NCBI GenBank assembly: GCA_951812955.1
Contig: OX638340.1
Span: forward strand, 288,001 to 352,000
Length of the DNA stretch: 64,000 nucleotides
Source: an uncultured Gemmatimonadota bacterium
GTDB lineage: Bacteria; JAAXHH01
Reading direction: 5' to 3'
Shown one piece after another: positions 61,020-64,000 of the stretch. Position 1 is the first letter of the stretch, and each line of letters opens with the position of its first letter. The position numbers and the translations under genes are program-made. The notes below the pieces were generated by a model. That model did not search any database, was not told the DNA's origin, and saw nothing but the letters and a program-made list of their open reading frames with translations.

Positions 61020-62861
61020 TCACTTCTTCCGTTTACTCCTCCCCGTATTCACGGAACGGTTTGGTGAACCGGAGTTGCGACCGGACGATGACGTTCGACC
61101 GCTCTTGCGGACGTTTGGTGTACTACGAGGTTGCTGCCTGACCTTCGGGGTACTTCGCGATTGCCGTCCTACACTCGGCGTGCTTCGCGGTTTCTTCCGG
61201 GCGTTCTGGTCCGAGGTCCGGTTGACGCGAGCAGTATCCTGCCTGCTGCGCCCCGAGTTGGCATTCACGTTCGAGGCCTGCCGGCTTCGGTTCGGATTCC
61301 TGTTTGATTTCGAAACCTGCTTGTCACGGTTCGGATTGGGATTTGGTTTATTCGTCCGAACCACACTGGGTCTCTTGACTCGGTTCGGTTGCTTCCGTTC
61401 GGTACGATCCGGTTTTTGCCTCACACTCTGCCAAGGCGGATCGAATCGACTGTTGGGACCCTTGCCCTTGTTGGACGAATCAACCGAAAGGTTTCGAAAC
61501 GGCCTGCCCACGCGAACTGGATGCTGACGTAAGCCTCGAGAGTGACTGGCTCCACGCCGGACTTTCCCGGGCCTGCGATCCACGACGGTTACGTTGCGTC
61601 CCCATCGTCTTCTCGGATGGGGCCACGGGTTGTATCGCACGAACAACCAAGGACGTACGGAACGCCAATAGACGCCCACTGGGCAACGCCAGGGTATGTA
61701 CACGCTTCCCGGCCATAGTATGGGGTCGCACCACCCGGGCCAATGGCCCGAAAACAGTCCTGGATGAACGACCACGGTAGTTCTGCGGTCAATCTCCGTC
61801 ATGCCCTCTTCGACCGTTTCAGCTTCCTCGCTTGCTTCTACTTCGTCCACTACGGTCGAATCATTTGCATCGTACTGGCCAGCATTCGCGGTTGAATCCA
61901 AGGCATCCGCATTCATCCCGGCAGGATTCGTCGCATATGCCGAATCCCTGGACTCAGCTGCCAATTTGAACCACCTTGCCGCCTCTTCAAAGTTCTGTGC
62001 AACACCCAGTCCCTCGGCGTACATGTTGCCCAGGGCGTACTGGGCGTCGGCCAGTCCCTGTTCGGCCGCCAGCCGGTACCACATCGCGGCTTCGGTGTAG
62101 TTCTGCGCTACCCCCTGTCCCGCTGCGACGAAGGATCCCAGGTCGGCGGACGATTTTCCAGGTTCCTGTTCCGCAGCCATCGCGTACAGGGAACCCAGGT
62201 TGAATTGCGCCACTGCAAGGCCCTGATCCGCGGCTAAGCGATACCACCGGGCTGCTTCCGAGTAGCTCTGGAGCACTCCCTCGCCTTCAGCAAACAAGGA
62301 ACCCAGGAGGTTCTGCGCATCGCCGAGGCCCTGTTCGGCAGCCGCGAGATACCATCGGGCAGCTTCCGCGAAGCTCTGTGGCACGCCATGACCCGTGGCA
62401 TACATGGAACCCAGGACAAATTGGGCGTCGGCCAGTTCCTGTTCGGCCGCTTTACGGTACCACTTTACAGCTTCAACCTCGTTCCGGGGCACGCCGAAAC
62501 CGTAGTTATGCATGAATCCGTAGTTCATCTGCGCAACGGCATGGCCCTGTTCGGCTGCGGCACGACAGGTGGGCACCAGCGCGGATGCTTCATCAGGTGT
62601 CAAATAGCCCAACGACTCGGACCGCGAGAAATCCTCCATGCATGAGGCGAGCAAAGGATCCGCACCGCCCTGTACAGTCTGAACCGATTGATCGAACGGC
62701 GCGGTCTGAATGGTCTGTACAGGCTCGTCGGACTGTACAGGCTCGTCGGACTGTACAGGCTGAACGTCCTGAGCAGACAGGGCGAAAACACGATTTGGAA
62801 ATATCGCACCACACAACAATAGTGGCAGAATAGTCCCAATCAGTGGCAATTTAGCCCCCAT
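61020..62861 (-). CDS. Secreted Sel1/TPR-like repeat protein with an acidic linker, a W/P-rich segment and a very basic repetitive C-terminal tail
   Basis: It has a signal peptide MGAKLPLIGTILPLLLCGAIFPNRVFALSA. It has at least seven Sel1-like repeats (AEQG.A.AQ..LG.MY..G.GV). It has an internal 18-bp tandem repeat (62715-62768, VQSDEP x2). The tail is encoded by ~30-bp tandem repeats at 61111-61200. Confidence 0.7.
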   Translation of the reverse strand: MGAKLPLIGTILPLLLCGAIFPNRVFALSAQDVQPVQSDEPVQSDEPVQTIQTAPFDQSVQTVQGGADPLLASCMEDFSRSESLGYLTPDEASALVPTCRAAAEQGHAVAQMNYGFMHNYGFGVPRNEVEAVKWYRKAAEQELADAQFVLGSMYATGHGVPQSFAEAARWYLAAAEQGLGDAQNLLGSLFAEGEGVLQSYSEAARWYRLAADQGLAVAQFNLGSLYAMAAEQEPGKSSADLGSFVAAGQGVAQNYTEAAMWYRLAAEQGLADAQYALGNMYAEGLGVAQNFEEAARWFKLAAESRDSAYATNPAGMNADALDSTANAGQYDANDSTVVDEVEASEEAETVEEGMTEIDRRTTVVVHPGLFSGHWPGWCDPILWPGSVYIPWRCPVGVYWRSVRPWLFVRYNPWPHPRRRWGRNVTVVDRRPGKVRRGASHSRGLRQHPVRVGRPFRNLSVDSSNKGKGPNSRFDPPWQSVRQKPDRTERKQPNRVKRPSVVRTNKPNPNPNRDKQVSKSNRNPNRSRQASNVNANSGRSRQDTARVNRTSDQNARKKPRSTPSVGRQSRSTPKVRQQPRSTPNVRKSGRTSSSGRNSGSPNRSVNTGRSKRKK

Positions 62862-63192
62862 GGTTGCACCTCCTGATGGTAGGCGAAAAGACAGCTCTTG
62901 CGTGTCGAATTCAGCATCCGCATTTGGATTCGGATGGCAAGCCATGATTTTAGTGAGTAAGAAAGGTCCTGTTTACTACGTACACCTGATTATACGCTAG
63001 GGTTCCTTGTGCGGTTCCCTATAGATTTGATTCTGTATCGTTTCGGAAAGTCACGATACCGCGAGGGGATACTGCGATACAGTATAGGATCATTCGGGTT
63101 TGGAAATCCAGGTTTGTTTGATTCCAATAAGATGAATTGGCGAATTCGTTAGATTGTATTTCGGTTGGCTGGATGGCAACACTCGATAGCTC

Positions 63193-63221
63193 TTGACACA
63201 ACGATCCAGGGCGTGGATAAT
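63193..63221 (+). promoter_or_regulatory. Sigma70-like promoter TTGACA-N17-GATAAT upstream of the terminal aldolase gene
   Basis: Near-consensus hexamers with 17-bp spacing lie about 80 bp upstream of ATG 63300 in an AT-rich intergenic region. Confidence 0.45.
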
Positions 63222-63299
63222 CTTCTGGATTCATTCACTTGCTAACCGTTGTTATTCCTCAATCTATCAAGTTACCGAACCGTTCCGAAAGGATCCGGC

Positions 63300-64000
63300 A
63301 TGCGAAAGAGTAAGGTCCTCACCAAGCTTCGTTCCTCCGGCTTCGTCCGGATGGCAGGCCTTGGCCACTATCTGCCGTTTTATATACGCTATGCCGCCCA
63401 TTTCAAGTACGATGGCTTGTGGTTCGACCTGGAACACCGGGCGATGGATTCCCGGGAGGTCCAGTCGATACTTGCCATGTGCAGGCAGCACGACATCGAC
63501 TGCATGGTGCGCCCGCCGACCCTTGAAAGGACCCGCCTGTACAGATACCTGGAAGACGGTGCCACGGGCTTCATGATTCCCTTCATGTCCACGGCGGAAA
63601 TTGCCCGCCATGTCGTAGACTGCACGAAGTTTCCGCCCCTGGGGAACAGGGGTATCGATGGCGCCGGAATCGATGGTGACTTCGGCATCGATGTGTGGAA
63701 AGAGGGGACGACCTACTACGAAGATGCGAACCGGGAGACGTTCATCGTAGGCCAGATCGAAACCGTGGAAGGTTTGCGCAACGTGGACGCCATCGCGGCG
63801 GTGGAGGGCATTGACGTGGTTTTCATCGGCCCCGCCGACCTGACGCACCGCCTGGAGACCGATCCCAACGTCAACTGGACGCTGGACGATGCCATATCTC
63901 GCGTATCTGACGCGGCCGAAAGGCATGGCAAGGCCTGGGGTATCACTGCCGGTACTCCGGAACAGGTGGCGAATTACCGTGGTCTGGGCGCGAGCCTTGT
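63300..64000 (+). CDS. HpcH/HpaI family aldolase (partial, runs off the window end)
   Basis: Hand translation gives MRKSKVLTKLRSSGFVRMAGLGHYLP...FIVGQIETVEGLRNVDAIAAVEGIDVVFIGPADL... No stop lies in the window, so it is absent from the ORF track. Confidence 0.75.
   Translation, partial: MRKSKVLTKLRSSGFVRMAGLGHYLPFYIRYAAHFKYDGLWFDLEHRAMDSREVQSILAMCRQHDIDCMVRPPTLERTRLYRYLEDGATGFMIPFMSTAEIARHVVDCTKFPPLGNRGIDGAGIDGDFGIDVWKEGTTYYEDANRETFIVGQIETVEGLRNVDAIAAVEGIDVVFIGPADLTHRLETDPNVNWTLDDAISRVSDAAERHGKAWGITAGTPEQVANYRGLGASL

Noticed and set aside
60760-61527. 255-aa plus-strand ORF overlapping the basic tail of the Sel1 gene
   Set aside because: It starts with TTG in an AT-rich region, and the Sel1 ORF is continuous on the minus strand with a downstream terminator. 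I keep it as an alternative because both strands carry the repeats.
63267-63926. 219-aa minus-strand ORF at the right end
   Set aside because: It is antisense to the hand-translated HpcH/HpaI aldolase frame, which carries clear family motifs (GQIET, FIGPADL).

Overview
This is a high-GC (roughly 60-65% by eye) bacterial chromosomal window that is densely coding, carries no rRNA, tRNA, CRISPR array or recognisable transposase, and is mostly core or catabolic metabolism. The left end holds an acyl-CoA dehydrogenase/etfB/etfA operon. It is followed by a membrane Fe-S oxidoreductase gene that the ORF track omits because it runs off the window start. Next come a class-V aminotransferase, an amidohydrolase-2 enzyme and polA. 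The centre has a tight three-gene operon that I cannot map to any described system. It encodes two paralogous proteins with an N-terminal Rieske [2Fe-2S] domain fused to a ~450-aa uncharacterised domain, followed by a Tat-signal sulfite-oxidase-family molybdoenzyme. Next to it is a low-GC insert with a HigB(gp49)/HigA-like toxin-antitoxin pair, a PhyH-family dioxygenase and a hypothetical protein with an in-frame 9-bp tandem-repeat linker. Housekeeping genes follow: aceE, a YbbN/CnoX-like thioredoxin, purine nucleoside phosphorylase, accD, purF, ndk, recD2 and pcm. The right half contains a D-amino-acid/peptide use cluster, a sugar-acid (DgoD-like dehydratase plus HpcH aldolase) cluster with a PadR regulator, two Zn-ADHs and prohibitin. 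Near the right end is a second low-GC island carrying a PIN (VapC) toxin whose upstream, overlapping partner is an atypically large 328-aa unknown protein. Last come a Sel1-repeat secreted protein with an extremely basic repetitive tail and a partial HpcH aldolase. A recurring feature is short tandem direct repeats (16-30 bp, 2-3 copies) in intergenic and 5'-leader regions (polA, the Rieske operon, aceE, the SMP-30 gene, two 3' regions). The aceE leader repeats form overlapping mini-ORFs. Many long antisense ORFs in the track are typical high-GC artefacts and are rejected.
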